Shown here: one piece after another, positions 1 to 7,858 of the stretch
How the letters are laid out: each line of letters starts with the position of its first letter
How positions within the stretch are numbered: the first letter of the stretch is position 1
Assembly (NCBI GenBank): GCA_944390915.1
Contig: CALXRS010000003.1
Location: forward strand, 11,652-75,651
Reading direction: 5' to 3'
Origin: an uncultured Alphaproteobacteria bacterium
Lineage (GTDB): Bacteria; Pseudomonadota; Alphaproteobacteria; RF32; CAG-239
DNA: 64,000 bases
Notes under the pieces: generated by a model
Database searches by the model: none
Seen by the model: the letters and a program-made list of their open reading frames with translations, nothing else
Told to the model about the DNA's origin: nothing
Position numbers and translations under genes: made by a program

Positions 1-1
1 A

Positions 2-541
2 ATTTTTTCGTCATTGCGCATCGACCGGAAAGAATTTGACGATTTTATCCGCGGCATACCGGTGGACAAGACTTTTTTCCGCGCGGCCGCCTATTGCCGC
101 GGGCAGGGCATGCCGGTTTATATTTGCTCGGCCGGTTGCGACTATTACATCAACCGGCTTATCGGCAAAGAAATAGCCGCCCTTGGCATTCAGCCGGTGA
201 CCAACCGCGGCGTTTATAATCCGTCAACGGGGTTGACGATGACGCCGCCTCCGTCCGACAGCCCGTTTTTTGATCCTGCGACCGGCATCAGCAAGGCGGC
301 CGTCGTCCGCCGGCTGCAGCGGCAGGGCTATGAGGTGGTTTATTGCGGCGACGGTTTGCCGGATTTGCCCGCCGCGGAAATCGCGGACGTTGTTTTTGCC
401 CGCAAAACGTTGCTGGAACGTTGCCGTCTGTTGCACATAAAAGCCGGAGAACTGCAAAATTTTGATCAGGTTTATCTTTTTTTCAAAGGAGAAGAAAATG
501 AAAATAATTCCCCCGTCAATGCTTGTCCCGCGACAGATTAA
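2..541 (+). CDS. HAD-superfamily phosphatase, MtnX/phosphoserine-phosphatase-like (5' end cut by window edge)
   Basis: The frame is open back to position 2. 'YICSAGCDYYINRL' and the C-terminal HAD motif-IV-like 'VVYCGDGLPDLPAAEIADVVFAR' resemble MtnX-type phosphatases. The N-terminal DxD motif is absent, so this is a partial gene. It overlaps the next gene by about 45 bp. Confidence 0.55.
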   Translation: MFSSLRIDRKEFDDFIRGIPVDKTFFRAAAYCRGQGMPVYICSAGCDYYINRLIGKEIAALGIQPVTNRGVYNPSTGLTMTPPPSDSPFFDPATGISKAAVVRRLQRQGYEVVYCGDGLPDLPAAEIADVVFARKTLLERCRLLHIKAGELQNFDQVYLFFKGEENENNSPVNACPATD

Positions 542-1580
542 CATTCCCTATCTGTTAAAAATCGGTCCCGGCAAAATTGTCAAAATCGGCAAATATCTGG
601 CCGACAAGGATTTGACGGGCATTGCCCTGCTGTGGGGAGAGGGGATGGAAAAGATGCTCGGCCGCCGTCTGAAAGACGGGCTTGAAGCGCAGGGCGTGGA
701 GATTTTGGCGGAAGAGACCGTAAATGACATTGCCGTGGAAAATATTACCGCCGCGGCTTTTTCCCTGCCGGCGGGGGTTAAGGCGATTGTCGGCGTCGGC
801 GGCGGCAAGGTGCTCGATTTTGCCAAATATGCCTCCTTTTTGCTCAGGCTCCCTTATATCAGCGTGCCGACTTCCATGTCCAACGACGGTTTTTGTTCGC
901 CGTCCTGCTCGCTGACAGTCGGCGGTGCGCGCAAAACGGTAAAGGCGGCCATTCCTTACGGCGTGGTGATAGATTTGCAGGTGATTGCCGGCTGTCCGCA
1001 GGCTTTTCTTTTTTCCGGCGTCGGCGACATGATTGCCAAGGTCAGCGCCCTGTGGGACTGGAAACAGGCTTTTGAGCGCGGGTTGGAAAGGTTTAACGAT
1101 TTTGCCTCGATGATGTCTTACAATTCGCTGGATTTGCTTTTTCTGCGCCACAGCAGCGACTTGTCGTCGCCGCGTTTTCAGCGCAGTTTGGCCACGTCGC
1201 TCTTATACAGCGGCATTGCGATGGAAATTGCCGGCACCTCGCGACCGGCAAGCGGTTCCGAGCATCTGATTTCGCATGCTTTGGACGAGCTTTCCCCGCG
1301 GCCGAAAATGCATGGCCTGCAGGTGGGAACGGCGGCTTATCTGTGCACTCTGCTGCAAGGCAACCCCGAAGCCGAAGGCGTGCGCGAGGTTTTGTCCGCT
1401 ACCGGATTTTTTGATTTTGTAGCAGCCGATCCTTTTGATAAAACGCTGTTTGTCAAAGCGCTGGAACGCGCGCCGGAAATAAAACGGGATTATTACACCG
1501 TTCTTTCCGAACCGGAGAGTTTCGGTCGGGCAGTGCGTCTGCTCGAAGAAGACGACGTTTTGCGGCAGCTGGTGCGCTGA
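498..1580 (+). CDS. sn-glycerol-1-phosphate dehydrogenase family (EgsA/AraM-like, Fe-ADH/DHQS superfamily)
   Basis: The glycine-rich NAD motif 'VGVGGGKVLDFAKY' followed by 'ISVPTSMSNDGFCSP' matches the G1PDH signature (…GGGRxIDxAKY…ISVPTAASHDG…). 'GSEHLISHALD' fits the metal-binding His region. An RBS AAAGGAG lies 8 nt upstream of ATG at 498 (the ORF-track start at 462 is probably too long). Confidence 0.7.
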   Translation: MKIIPPSMLVPRQINIPYLLKIGPGKIVKIGKYLADKDLTGIALLWGEGMEKMLGRRLKDGLEAQGVEILAEETVNDIAVENITAAAFSLPAGVKAIVGVGGGKVLDFAKYASFLLRLPYISVPTSMSNDGFCSPSCSLTVGGARKTVKAAIPYGVVIDLQVIAGCPQAFLFSGVGDMIAKVSALWDWKQAFERGLERFNDFASMMSYNSLDLLFLRHSSDLSSPRFQRSLATSLLYSGIAMEIAGTSRPASGSEHLISHALDELSPRPKMHGLQVGTAAYLCTLLQGNPEAEGVREVLSATGFFDFVAADPFDKTLFVKALERAPEIKRDYYTVLSEPESFGRAVRLLEEDDVLRQLVR

Positions 1581-1639
1581 TTATTGTGGCAGCCGGCACC
1601 TCTGTTGTCTTATTCTGAGCTTGTCGGTTTTCCGGCGTG

Positions 1640-2704
1640 TCAGTTTTCTTCCACCACCACCTGCCACGGGCGGGCGGCCTGTTTGAACGTGCCAAACAGC
1701 AGTTCGGCCATAAAGGCTGTTACCACCGTGTTGTTAAACTCGCGGAAATAGGCTTCGTGCCCGATTTGGGCTGCTTTCATGCGGGCTTCCGGGTTGTTTT
1801 TGTAAAATGCCAGTTTGTCGATCATTTCTTCTTCGCTGCTGAAGAAGGCGGCGCCGTCTTCGGAAAGAAATTCGTTAAAACCGGCTTCGCGCTCAATCAG
1901 CGCCAGTTCGCCGTTGCCGACAATATGCGCCAGCCGGTCGGAGGCATAGAGTTTGATGTTGTTGTAGCGGCTGAAGCTGAAGCCGATGCCGGCTTTGCCG
2001 AAAGCGTCGAGGTAGTCGGCGCCGTTCAAGGAGGGTTGTCCGCGCAGGTTGCCGAGCAGCCAGCGGATGCCGGGAATTTTGTTTTCCGTTATGGCCAGAA
2101 TTTCTTCCACCTCGCGATGTTTGCCGCAAAATTCGCGACAGTCGGTGTTGGCGCACAAAAAAGCGTCGTACGGCAGGTCGCGTTTGGCAAAAGTTTTGCC
2201 GACCTCAATGGCCGGGTCGACCATGTTGGGAAGATGGGCAACCGGTTTTCCTTTAAGGGCAAACTGTTGCAAAAGAGTTTCTTCGCCGGTGGAAATCATG
2301 GTGACATCCACCACTTCCGCCCGTTCTTTGATTATTTTGACATTGCGTCGGCATTCGTCGGTGTCGGCAATCGAATCGCAATTCCATTGCATGAGACGCA
2401 CGCCGGGAAGCAGGCGGCGGATTTGGGCTATGGTTTCGTTGGTGATGGTGTCGGCATGTCCGAAGAGAACGGCATCCGGACGGACGGTGCGGCAAAATTT
2501 GAGCAAATGTTTGTTCAGTCGGTGGCGGCCGAGCGCATTCATATGCCCGAAACCGAACATCCGGCACAAATCGCGGTCGGGATAATTGATGACCTCAAAA
2601 CCGTTTTTTATCAGTCCGTAAGAAATTTTTACCGGAAAGCCGCATTGAAAACAGCCTTTCAGACGCAGGGAGTTGAAGTTGGCGACATGCAGGATTCTGG
2701 TCAT
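1640..2704 (-). CDS. CgeB-family glycosyltransferase (DUF3880 N-terminal + Glyco_trans_1_2 C-terminal)
   Basis: The C-terminal 'DRLAHIVGNGELALIEREAGFNEFL…FFSSEEEMIDKLAFYKNNPEARMKAAQIGHE' is typical of the PF13524 GT1-like tail. A GGAG sits 9 nt before ATG at 2704. The alternative start at 2719 lacks an RBS. ATGA start/stop overlap with the upstream gene. Confidence 0.6.
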   Translation of the reverse strand: MTRILHVANFNSLRLKGCFQCGFPVKISYGLIKNGFEVINYPDRDLCRMFGFGHMNALGRHRLNKHLLKFCRTVRPDAVLFGHADTITNETIAQIRRLLPGVRLMQWNCDSIADTDECRRNVKIIKERAEVVDVTMISTGEETLLQQFALKGKPVAHLPNMVDPAIEVGKTFAKRDLPYDAFLCANTDCREFCGKHREVEEILAITENKIPGIRWLLGNLRGQPSLNGADYLDAFGKAGIGFSFSRYNNIKLYASDRLAHIVGNGELALIEREAGFNEFLSEDGAAFFSSEEEMIDKLAFYKNNPEARMKAAQIGHEAYFREFNNTVVTAFMAELLFGTFKQAARPWQVVVEEN

Positions 2705-3396
2705 TTGTTTTTGCTCCATAATTTCAGGTTGATGTTGATGTCGGCAATAATTTTCAACAACGGCCGCAATATTTTCGGCGCGGCGCCAGCGGCGCTGAAG
2801 CGGACGGCAATCCGCGGCAGTTTGAGTTCGACGGCAATGCCCATGCGGTGATGCCCCTGGTTGACGGTGTCTTTGATGCCCATCATGCGCAAGAGCATGA
2901 TGTCTATCGGATATTGGTCGTCATAACCGTTTTGCATGGATTGATAGAGTTCTTCGTAGCGGCGCCGGCGTTCGGCTTTATCAAAAATATAGAGCGGGTT
3001 GCTGAAGACATAGGCGTTTTGTCTGGTGCGGATGTTGCGCTCCACTTTCAACCGGCGGACGGCCAGCGGATCCATGTGATATATTTCGGAGGAAAAAATT
3101 TTGTGCCGGTTACGCAGGCGTTTGATAAAAACGCTGATAAAATCGAAACGGCCGAGTTGCGAGGCAAAGGCAAAACGCACGGGCACAAAAGGCTGTTTTC
3201 GGGCAAGCGCGCGTTCGACTTCTTCCCGCCCGCAAAGCAGGGTGTCTTTTTCTCCGGTTTCGTTGTTGCCGATGAGAACGATTATTTTGCCTTCCCCCCA
3301 TCGGTTGTTGCCGGCGTCCGACGTTGCGTCCGCCAATGCGGCAATATCCCCGGGTTCGACGGGGTACAATTCGGATGACAGGCAAAGTTCGTGCAT
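2701..3396 (-). CDS. hypothetical protein (translationally coupled to the CgeB-like GT)
   Basis: 232 aa ORF. An RBS GAAGGAG lies 8 nt upstream of ATG(MHELC) at 3396. The stop overlaps the downstream start in an ATGA. I recognise no family. Confidence 0.5.
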   Translation of the reverse strand: MHELCLSSELYPVEPGDIAALADATSDAGNNRWGEGKIIVLIGNNETGEKDTLLCGREEVERALARKQPFVPVRFAFASQLGRFDFISVFIKRLRNRHKIFSSEIYHMDPLAVRRLKVERNIRTRQNAYVFSNPLYIFDKAERRRRYEELYQSMQNGYDDQYPIDIMLLRMMGIKDTVNQGHHRMGIAVELKLPRIAVRFSAAGAAPKILRPLLKIIADININLKLWSKNK

Positions 3397-3500
3397 ATAG
3401 TTCTCCTTCAAATTGCAAATTATAATGCAACATGTAAGCTCAGGCAAATCAATATTGCTTTTTACACAACATATTTTTAGCTCCGACCGTTATGTTTTGA

Positions 3501-3529
3501 TTGTATAAGGCTTTTTTTTGTGGTAAAAT
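3501..3529 (+). promoter_or_regulatory. candidate sigma70 promoter (TTGTAT -17 bp- TGgTAAAAT, extended -10) upstream of hypothetical gene 3574..4059
   Basis: Read directly: 'ttgtataaggcttttttttgtggtaaaat' in an AT-rich divergent intergenic region. Confidence 0.4.
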
Positions 3530-3573
3530 TTGAGATAATATAAAGGTATAATTATGAAAACGGGAGAAGAACC

Positions 3574-4059
3574 ATGACAGACGAAAAATCGAAATTAACT
3601 TTTGGCGAAAGGTTCCTTCTTGACGTGCAAAATGCCGAAAGCGAAGGGCTGTTGTTTGCCGTGCTGGAAGAGGCCGCCTCCCGTTTTTATGCCCGCGAAA
3701 GTCTCTCTAAGCAGCTTCAAAGAGTTTCTTCTTTTGATTCCGTTGCCGTTTATCAGAGCAAACTTGCCAAAGTGCGGATTGAATATAATGCCCGCGCCGT
3801 GAAAGAAATCCACGGGCGTCTTGTCGGGCTGGCCAATTTCGGCGAGGATAATTATAAATATAAGGAAAAAATTATCCGCAAGCTCAATCTGCTGATTAAC
3901 AATTATCCGACCATGGACGAAATTATTTATATTACCATGGCGGAATATATTGCCCGCGGCTTCGGCAATGCGGAAAGTTTCAAACACGGGCTGAAAGAGC
4001 GCCTGAGTGAAACGGCCGCGGTGGCGGAAAAAAACGTTGCAACGGCTTGCGGCGCTTGA
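3574..4059 (+). CDS. hypothetical protein (161 aa)
   Basis: ORF with RBS 'gggagaag' before ATG. No recognisable motifs. Confidence 0.5.
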   Translation: MTDEKSKLTFGERFLLDVQNAESEGLLFAVLEEAASRFYARESLSKQLQRVSSFDSVAVYQSKLAKVRIEYNARAVKEIHGRLVGLANFGEDNYKYKEKIIRKLNLLINNYPTMDEIIYITMAEYIARGFGNAESFKHGLKERLSETAAVAEKNVATACGA

Positions 4060-4115
4060 CCAAAAATAAATTTATTGTCATTATACTCCAAAAAGGAAAC
4101 TAAAGGAGCAAACGG

Positions 4116-5474
4116 ATGAAAATCAGAACAATCGGAGTGATGACCGGCAATTCGCTGGATGCGGCGGATGTCGTGTTGACGGCTTTTGACGATGATGACA
4201 TTAAAGACGAAGCTTTTTATACGCTGCCGTATCCGGCGGAGCTTAAAGAAATTTTCCTGCGTCTGAAGGAGGTGGCAAAAGATTGTCCGTCGGCGGCCGC
4301 GCTTTCCGAAAATCCGCTGTTTTTGTCTGCCGTTCGCACCTATACCCAACTGGTGGCGGAGGCCGTGAACAAGCTGCTCGAAAACAGCGGCGCGGACAAA
4401 GCGGAAATTGCCGCCGTCGGCTTTTGCGGACAAACCTGCGATCATTGTCCGCCGTCGGTGGCCGGAAACATCGCCCCTTATACCCTGCAGGTGGGTGATC
4501 CGCAGCTGCTGGCCGATTTGACCGGATTGCCGGTAATTTACGATTTTCGTTCCGACGACTTGATGAACGGCGGCGAAGGCGCGCCGCTTGCGCCCACGCA
4601 CCATCTGCATGTTGCCCGTGCGTTGGCGGCAAGAGGCATCGGGCCGGTGGCCTTTTGCAACGGCGGCAATACCGGTAACATGACATTGATTACTTATACG
4701 CAAAACGGTCTGAAACCCGAATTTACCGGATGGGATGTCGGTCCCTTTAACCATCTGCCCGACCTGTTGATGCGCGAATATCTGCGCGAACCCTACGATA
4801 AAGACGGAGAAACGGGCAGACAGGGACAGGTGCAACCCGAACTGCTGCAAAAATTTTTCCATGGCGCGGCGCTGACTGCCTCCGGCCAAAATTTTTATGA
4901 AGAACAACCGCCGAAATCCGCCGATCCGCGCTGGTACAGGGTGGAAACGGACGGTCGTTTCACTTTTGCCGACAATTTGCGGACGGTGGAATATTTGAGC
5001 GCCTACAGCTATGTCTACAATCTGCGTTATATTCATCCCATGTTTACGCTGCCCACGGTCTATCTGTTGTATGGCGGCGGGTGGAAAAATCCGCTGGTTA
5101 AGGAAGATTTTGAAAAACTGATGCACCGGCAAGGCGTGATTTTGCCCGAGCACGAGTTTGTTTTTGAAAATATTTTTTCCCGCCTGCCCGAAAATCCGCA
5201 AATTGCCTTTGCCGACAAGTATGGTTTTTCGGGCGAATATATGGAAGCCAGAATTTTTGCCGACGCCGCGCGGATGAAAATACTCAATCAGCCGTTTACG
5301 CGGCCGGAAACAACCGGTTGCCGCACGCCGACGGTCTGCGGCGTCTATGTCTTGCCATCCGCGGGAGGCGAATATCTTTTAACCCGACTGTTAAAAGAAA
5401 ACAACAATCCTGCCGCGCCGGTTACGTCACCGCTGACATGGAGCCGGGCAGCCAAGGGCTGGCAGTCAAAATAA
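4116..5474 (+). CDS. anmK: anhydro-N-acetylmuramic acid kinase
   Basis: N-terminal 'IGVMTGNSLDAADVVL' and 'DFRSDDLMNGGEGAPLAPTHH' match the AnmK signature (DFRxxDxAxGGQGAPL). RBS AAAGGAG. The protein is longer than typical (452 aa), with internal insertions. Confidence 0.8.
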   Translation: MKIRTIGVMTGNSLDAADVVLTAFDDDDIKDEAFYTLPYPAELKEIFLRLKEVAKDCPSAAALSENPLFLSAVRTYTQLVAEAVNKLLENSGADKAEIAAVGFCGQTCDHCPPSVAGNIAPYTLQVGDPQLLADLTGLPVIYDFRSDDLMNGGEGAPLAPTHHLHVARALAARGIGPVAFCNGGNTGNMTLITYTQNGLKPEFTGWDVGPFNHLPDLLMREYLREPYDKDGETGRQGQVQPELLQKFFHGAALTASGQNFYEEQPPKSADPRWYRVETDGRFTFADNLRTVEYLSAYSYVYNLRYIHPMFTLPTVYLLYGGGWKNPLVKEDFEKLMHRQGVILPEHEFVFENIFSRLPENPQIAFADKYGFSGEYMEARIFADAARMKILNQPFTRPETTGCRTPTVCGVYVLPSAGGEYLLTRLLKENNNPAAPVTSPLTWSRAAKGWQSK

Positions 5475-5500
5475 GCCTCCGGTCAAAATAAGCCCTTTAA

Positions 5501-7102
5501 TTAACGGCGGCAACGGGCAAGAATGTCGAGTCCGCGATCGTAGAGCGGAGAAGAAACGCGGCTCATGCCGAGCAGGGTGTGAAACACGTTGTCGTGCGAA
5601 AAAGGCTGAGAAGCCAGGGCGCGCACGCAGTCTACGTCCAGATTGTTGCTTTCGGCATAGTTGTCGGAAAACCAGAACATGGCCGGAATGTGCTTTTGTC
5701 CGTCGGGAGCCGTGTCATAGGGGGCGGAGTGCATATAGACGTCGTTTTCGCCTAGCGACTCTCCGTGATCCGAAGTAAAGAAAAAGGCAACATCATATTC
5801 GTCGGACAGCGCCTGCAATTCGTCTAAAGTTTCGGCAAGCATGTGCGAGGTATAGTAGACGCTGTTGTCATAGGCGTTGACGATTTCTTCCCGACTGCAG
5901 TCCTGCAAAAATTCCGATGTGCAGACCGGTTTGTAAAGCGTAAATTCTTCGGGATAGCGCAGGGCATAGAGAGGGCCGTGGCTGCCCCTTTGGTGAAGAA
6001 CGACCAGTGTCGGCCGGTCGGTGCTTTTGATTTTGGCTGCAAAATCCGTCAGCAGAATTTCGTCGGGGCATTCCTTGACATGGCAGAAACGTTCCTGCTC
6101 GATGCGGTTGCAGTTGTCCTTGCAGTCGGTGTTGTTTTCTCTCCAGAGAAGCTTGTAGCCGGCATGGTCGATGATGTCCAGAACGTTTTCGGTATATTTT
6201 TCGCTTTCGGGTTCAAACTTTCGCCGCGGGTCGGGCGAAAAAATGCAGGGCAGGGCAACCGCCGTGGCCGTGCCGCAGGAATAAAAATTGTCAAAATATA
6301 TCAGCTCGTCGCGCCAGCGTTCCAAGGGGGCGTTGGTTGCCCTTTCATAGCCGGAAAAAGAAAAATTGGCGTCGCGGGCAGACTCTCCTATCACCACCAC
6401 AATCAGGTTTTTTTTGCTGCCTGCGGGCGCGGGCATCATCTTTGCGCCTTCGGAGATGGTTATCAGCTCCAGCCCCATATATTTGGCCTTGATTTTGGCA
6501 ACCGAGATGACGGCGCCGATATAATTGGCGGGAATGAGCGAGTTTTTGAGATATTTGCGTTGTTTCAAGGCCTGTTTGTCAAAAAGCAGTCCGCCGCAGA
6601 TTATGGCTGCCGTAACCAGAGCCATCAGCGCGCCGCCGAGCAGACGCCGGCGAAGTTCCGAACGCAGGGGAGAAAAGGCGATATCGGTTTTATATATCAG
6701 ATAAGATGGGATAACAAAAAATATTATCAGGTATAAAAACATCTTTATGCTGAGCATGTCCGCCGCTTCGTAAACGTCTGTCTGGATAAGGTTGAGCAGC
6801 ATGATTTTGTCGATAACCACCCCGTAGGCCGTCATAAAATAAAAAGCGCAGGTATTGAGAAGGCAGAATGTTATTGCCAGCGGTTTAACCGTGCGACGAA
6901 CAAAAAGAACGGAAACGGCAATGTTTAAGGCAAGGAAAATTGACAATACGGTAAGAACCGCGGACGGCAGCGAATGATCGTGACGCCAGACGGCTGCCAT
7001 AAAGGGAATGTTGTAAGCCGCCATGGTGAACAGACTGTAGATAAAGTTGAATCTGGTTGCGGAAACAGTCCAGAAAAAGCGCGGATTCTTAAAAGAAAAC
7101 AT
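5501..7102 (-). CDS. eptA: phosphoethanolamine transferase, EptA/LptA family (5-TM N-terminus + sulfatase-fold domain)
   Basis: 'LIVVVIGESARDANFSFSGYERATNAPLERW', nucleophile motif 'YSCGTATAVALPCIFS' and 'FTSDHGESLGENDVYMHS' are hallmark EptA motifs. Confidence 0.85.
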   Translation of the reverse strand: MFSFKNPRFFWTVSATRFNFIYSLFTMAAYNIPFMAAVWRHDHSLPSAVLTVLSIFLALNIAVSVLFVRRTVKPLAITFCLLNTCAFYFMTAYGVVIDKIMLLNLIQTDVYEAADMLSIKMFLYLIIFFVIPSYLIYKTDIAFSPLRSELRRRLLGGALMALVTAAIICGGLLFDKQALKQRKYLKNSLIPANYIGAVISVAKIKAKYMGLELITISEGAKMMPAPAGSKKNLIVVVIGESARDANFSFSGYERATNAPLERWRDELIYFDNFYSCGTATAVALPCIFSPDPRRKFEPESEKYTENVLDIIDHAGYKLLWRENNTDCKDNCNRIEQERFCHVKECPDEILLTDFAAKIKSTDRPTLVVLHQRGSHGPLYALRYPEEFTLYKPVCTSEFLQDCSREEIVNAYDNSVYYTSHMLAETLDELQALSDEYDVAFFFTSDHGESLGENDVYMHSAPYDTAPDGQKHIPAMFWFSDNYAESNNLDVDCVRALASQPFSHDNVFHTLLGMSRVSSPLYDRGLDILARCRR

Positions 7103-7128
7103 GGCATTTACCTTTTTTTTGTCGGTTG

Positions 7129-7854
7129 TTAATCTTGAAAAAGATCCCCCTGCGGGTCGTTGTTCAGTTCGTTTATCGCCTCTTTGACGATGGCGACGGA
7201 AACGGCGCGTTTGTATGCCAGCGAAATGGCGTCGATTTTATCCACGAGCTTTTCGGCATAGGCAAACGAACGTTGCATATTTACCAAAATATATTTGACG
7301 ATGTCAAGCGAAACAGTTATTTGCCGATCCATAAACAGCTTGATTATCAATGCCGAGAGCAGCTCGTCGTCGGGAGCGGAAATAACCGCGGTCGGCACAA
7401 TATTCAGACGCGAACGCAGATCGGGCAGGGTTAGGTTCAGCCTTGCCGGCGCCTGTCGGGACGTAAACAGAATATTGCCGCCCTCGTTGCGATAGAGGTT
7501 ATAGAGATGGAACATGGCTTCCTCATTGATGTCGTCGCTCAAATTTTCGACAATCAGGCAGCGGTTGCGGGAAAACAGCCGCGGCGGCATGTCGGGCGTG
7601 AGGCGGGTTGCGTCAACGCGCGGCAGGGCATAAGGATAGTTGGTGGCAAGCGAAACCCTGTCGGCAAAAATATGCGTCAGATGCGTTTTGCCGCTCATGG
7701 CCGGCCCGACAATGCACAGGGCAAAAAACGGCCAATCCGGCCAGCGGTTGACGGCGGCAAAAGCTTCGGCATTGCAGGCCGAAACGATGAAGTCGTCGCG
7801 TCCCATGTAGGGGCGGCAGGGAAATTCAAACGGAAGCTGTTGTTTTCCCGTCAT
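7129..7854 (-). CDS. hdaA: DnaA-related regulatory inactivator HdaA
   Basis: About 240 aa AAA+ protein with Walker A 'GPAMSGKTHL'. Short N-terminus and a DnaA-domain-III-like core. This is the alphaproteobacterial Hda. Confidence 0.75.
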   Translation of the reverse strand: MTGKQQLPFEFPCRPYMGRDDFIVSACNAEAFAAVNRWPDWPFFALCIVGPAMSGKTHLTHIFADRVSLATNYPYALPRVDATRLTPDMPPRLFSRNRCLIVENLSDDINEEAMFHLYNLYRNEGGNILFTSRQAPARLNLTLPDLRSRLNIVPTAVISAPDDELLSALIIKLFMDRQITVSLDIVKYILVNMQRSFAYAEKLVDKIDAISLAYKRAVSVAIVKEAINELNNDPQGDLFQD

Positions 7855-7858
7855 GGTT

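Noticed and set aside
1637-5201. Long antisense ORFs 1637..2851 (+, 404 aa) and 3927..5201 (−, 424 aa)
   Set aside because: They overlap the confidently assigned CgeB-like GT and anmK on the opposite strand. Their composition is biased (Gly/Ala/Arg-rich) and they have no family signal.
5843-6736. 297-aa ORF antisense to eptA
   Set aside because: It lies inside eptA, whose motifs (GESAR, CGTAT, SDHGE) are intact on the other strand.
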